In this document: one piece after another, positions 37,479 through 40,067 of the stretch
Layout of the letters: the number at the start of each line of letters is the position of its first letter
How positions within the stretch are numbered: the stretch's first letter is position 1
Source: Wujia sp.
GTDB taxonomy: Bacteria > Bacillota > Clostridia > Lachnospirales > Lachnospiraceae
Assembly: GCA_051879975.1 (NCBI GenBank)
Contig: JBJENB010000059.1
Location: 1-40,067 of the forward strand
Length of the DNA stretch: 40,067 bases
Direction: 5' to 3'
Notes under the pieces: model-generated
Seen by the model: only the letters and a program-made list of their open reading frames with translations
Databases searched by the model: none
Told to the model about the DNA's origin: nothing
Program-made: the position numbers and the translations under genes

Positions 37479-40067
37479 ATGAATAGACCATTATTCTGTG
37501 CCGTTGCCGGGTTTGCACTTGGAGAGGTGGCTTATTTAGGTAGCACAGGAGCTATTCAGACAGGCATAGTTTTAGCTGTGCCTGTCTTTTGTGCGTTTTT
37601 TTACGTGATATGTAGGTCGCTTCACAGCCCTATGCAGCCAAATACTAAGAATGACAGTAAATTAAATAGTCATCTTTCCGGAATACGAAGGCTGCATGAA
37701 TTGTATGGTCAGCCAATTATAATGCTCGTAATGTTGATATTTGGATGGCAATACACTTCTTACAGAGATATAACATTTACAATCGAGAAATGTATAACTG
37801 ACAGGGGAATAAGTGTATGTAAGGACTGCGATGGATATGCTGTTGAAACCCTTGGCGGAAATGCAGTTGAAGGTGCGGATGTAATTATAGAAGGAATAGT
37901 AACGGATAAGGAAGCCTCTGATTCAGGATATACCTTGGTGGTAAGGGTGGAAAATACAAAATGCAGTGACCATATACATACAGATAGGTATTCGGTTTTG
38001 GTTTATGTCAAGGATATCGGATATTCAGGTGTGGATTTGGGTACTGCTGTAGAAGTTAGTGGTGAACTGTCATATCTGCCCCATGCGAATAACCTTGGAG
38101 GCTTCGACCTATGTCAATACTATAAGGCCAAGGGAATAGATTTTGTCTTGTATAGGGGGATTGTTTCCGGGGCCGAAAAGGTTAAAAATGATGGATTATC
38201 TATGGCTTTTCTAAGGATAAAGGGTAAGCTAAAGCAGCTGAGGGAAAGGTTGTCACAGGTAATTGGGGATATATCGGATGGGGCAGCAGAGGAGCTGTAC
38301 AGGAGTCTTCTTACAGGAGACAGGGGAGGATTGTCCGAGGAGATAAAGGATACATTCAGAATCGGAGGAATCTCACATATACTTGCCATTTCCTCATTAC
38401 ATATCACCTTAATTGGTGGAATGGTTTCCTTCATACTCTCAAAATTAGGTATTCATATATACCTGTCACAGGCTGTCGGAATGGTATTTGCGTTATTCTA
38501 TGGCTGTATAACAGGCTTGGGCAATTCAACAATAAGGGCACTTCTTATGCTCTTTCTTCTTTGGCTTGGTCGTGTGGTGGGAAGGAATTACGATTTATTG
38601 ACTGCGGGAGCCTTGTCGCTAATACTGATGCTTTTGGTGGAACCCTACAGACTAAATGATGGTGGTATGCAGCTAAGCTTTACTGCAATATTTGCCATAG
38701 CTGTAAGCACTAGTTTGATACGAAGCTTTAGCAGGTCAAAAAGCGGAAAGCAACTCAAAAGACGGAGTAAGCTTATGTATAATGTCATACAGGCTATGCT
38801 TGTACAAACTTGCCTTCAGCTTGTCATGCTTCCGGTGGTGGTAAATATGTATTATGAGGTATATCCATTTTCCTTCCTGGTAAATCTGCTGGTGGTGCCA
38901 ATTATGTCTATAATCCTGGGTCTAGGAATGGTGGCTGTGTTATTTGATGTAGTGGTTATGGGCTTGGTTATGGGCTTGACTGCGGGCTTATCTACGGGCT
39001 TGGTTGCTGAATTTACTGGTCGCGTAGCTGCTGCAATTATCCGACCGGGATGTATAATTCTTGAGCTTATTGTAAAGCTTTGCAGAGTTTTAAAAGGCAT
39101 TAGCTTCTCCTGTATAACAGTAGGTCATCTTACTGAGCTTGAGATTGTGCTGTATTATCTTATGCTTCTGGGTTTGTTTTCTTTATTTTATTCTAAAACA
39201 TCAGAACAGATAAGATTATTTCTGTATAAGCATTTTTCGCTTTGGTTTTCTGTGAAGGGATGGAGAAGATTTGCTGAGCTTGGAGCTGTTTTATGGATTT
39301 TACTGTTTATATCCGGCATGGCTGTTGTACATTATGGCAATAAAAAAGAAATAATCGTTTTTATGGATGTGGGTCAGGGAGATGGAATCCTAATCAGAAG
39401 TAAAAATGGAACTACCATGATGATAGATGGTGGCTCCTCCTCCATTGATCAGGTGTGGACATATAATATGGAGCCAACTATAAAATATCTGGGAATTGAC
39501 CATATAGATTATTGGTTTGTATCCCATGATGATCTAGACCATATCAGCGGTTTGATGGATAATCTTGAGGAGAATGGAGTGGAGGTAAGCAATATTGTCC
39601 TTTCGGACAGATATGTTGAATCGTTGGATGGGAATGTTGACATATTAGACATGTATGCTGATTCATCATACGGAAATAACTATTTATCGGATAGGAACGC
39701 TGACTCGTCAGGGTTGATGCTTATGATAAATAAACAGGAGGTTAATGTATGCTATCTTAGTGCAGGAGACATGGTAACGGACGGAAGCTTCACAATAACC
39801 TGTGTTCACCCGGATGAAGGGTTTGAATCGGAGGACAAAAATGCCTTGTCCATGGCATTAAGCTATGAATCAGATATGGTAAAGGTATTGTTTACAGGTG
39901 ATATGGATACGGCTGCTCTGGAGTATATGATGAAAGATAACAGACATATGCTATCGATTGTGGATTATGATATTATCAAGCTTCCTCATCATGGTTCAAG
40001 AACATCTCTTTGTGAAGATTTATATGGAAGAACTGACAATGTAGTTATATCCTGTGGTTTTAATAAT
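37479..40067 (+). CDS. comEC: Competence protein ComEC/Rec2, 3'-truncated by window edge
   Basis: Absent from ORF track because no stop is reached; ATG 37479 with SD AGGAG gives MNRPLF..; same frame carries GISHILAISSLHI, MDVGQGD, SHDDLDH, FTGD, KLPHHGS. Confidence 0.93.
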   Translation, partial: MNRPLFCAVAGFALGEVAYLGSTGAIQTGIVLAVPVFCAFFYVICRSLHSPMQPNTKNDSKLNSHLSGIRRLHELYGQPIIMLVMLIFGWQYTSYRDITFTIEKCITDRGISVCKDCDGYAVETLGGNAVEGADVIIEGIVTDKEASDSGYTLVVRVENTKCSDHIHTDRYSVLVYVKDIGYSGVDLGTAVEVSGELSYLPHANNLGGFDLCQYYKAKGIDFVLYRGIVSGAEKVKNDGLSMAFLRIKGKLKQLRERLSQVIGDISDGAAEELYRSLLTGDRGGLSEEIKDTFRIGGISHILAISSLHITLIGGMVSFILSKLGIHIYLSQAVGMVFALFYGCITGLGNSTIRALLMLFLLWLGRVVGRNYDLLTAGALSLILMLLVEPYRLNDGGMQLSFTAIFAIAVSTSLIRSFSRSKSGKQLKRRSKLMYNVIQAMLVQTCLQLVMLPVVVNMYYEVYPFSFLVNLLVVPIMSIILGLGMVAVLFDVVVMGLVMGLTAGLSTGLVAEFTGRVAAAIIRPGCIILELIVKLCRVLKGISFSCITVGHLTELEIVLYYLMLLGLFSLFYSKTSEQIRLFLYKHFSLWFSVKGWRRFAELGAVLWILLFISGMAVVHYGNKKEIIVFMDVGQGDGILIRSKNGTTMMIDGGSSSIDQVWTYNMEPTIKYLGIDHIDYWFVSHDDLDHISGLMDNLEENGVEVSNIVLSDRYVESLDGNVDILDMYADSSYGNNYLSDRNADSSGLMLMINKQEVNVCYLSAGDMVTDGSFTITCVHPDEGFESEDKNALSMALSYESDMVKVLFTGDMDTAALEYMMKDNRHMLSIVDYDIIKLPHHGSRTSLCEDLYGRTDNVVISCGFNN

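Noticed and set aside
37479-40067. comEC as a pseudogene because it is missing from the ORF track
   Set aside because: All checked motifs fall in one frame; absence is due to the stop codon lying beyond the window

Overview
Low-GC Firmicute chromosomal region, by gene style most like Lachnospiraceae/Clostridia (inference). No prophage, transposase, rRNA or CRISPR was seen. In order: tRNA-Leu(CAG); an XRE-HTH membrane protein plus two hypotheticals; an esterase/methyltransferase-like fusion; a NatAB-like ABC exporter with a CPBP-fused permease; GH25 lysozyme; a membrane GGDEF(degenerate)-EAL protein; gltX; an acidic membrane-anchored protein with two 18-bp (EDSAFT) repeat arrays followed by a DUF2156 gene; an internally duplicated BspA-type LRR protein with a FtsX/MacB-type ABC set; DUF368; two DegV genes flanking an SH3-amidase lipoprotein; an SH3/SleB-like hydrolase; argG; a protease-less Lon-like ATPase; argC-argJ-argB; a DMT protein; and comEA-RR-(antisense add)-HK-GerMN-comEC (comEC runs off the window end). 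Most content is housekeeping or envelope related. The best leads are several apparent pseudo-enzymes or odd fusions (esterase plus degenerate methyltransferase, Zn-less amidase, Lon ATPase with an NE Walker B), the repeat protein next to DUF2156, a WalRK-like pair split by add, and some unexplained non-coding motifs. All family calls come from motif recognition by eye; no search was run, so novelty is not established.
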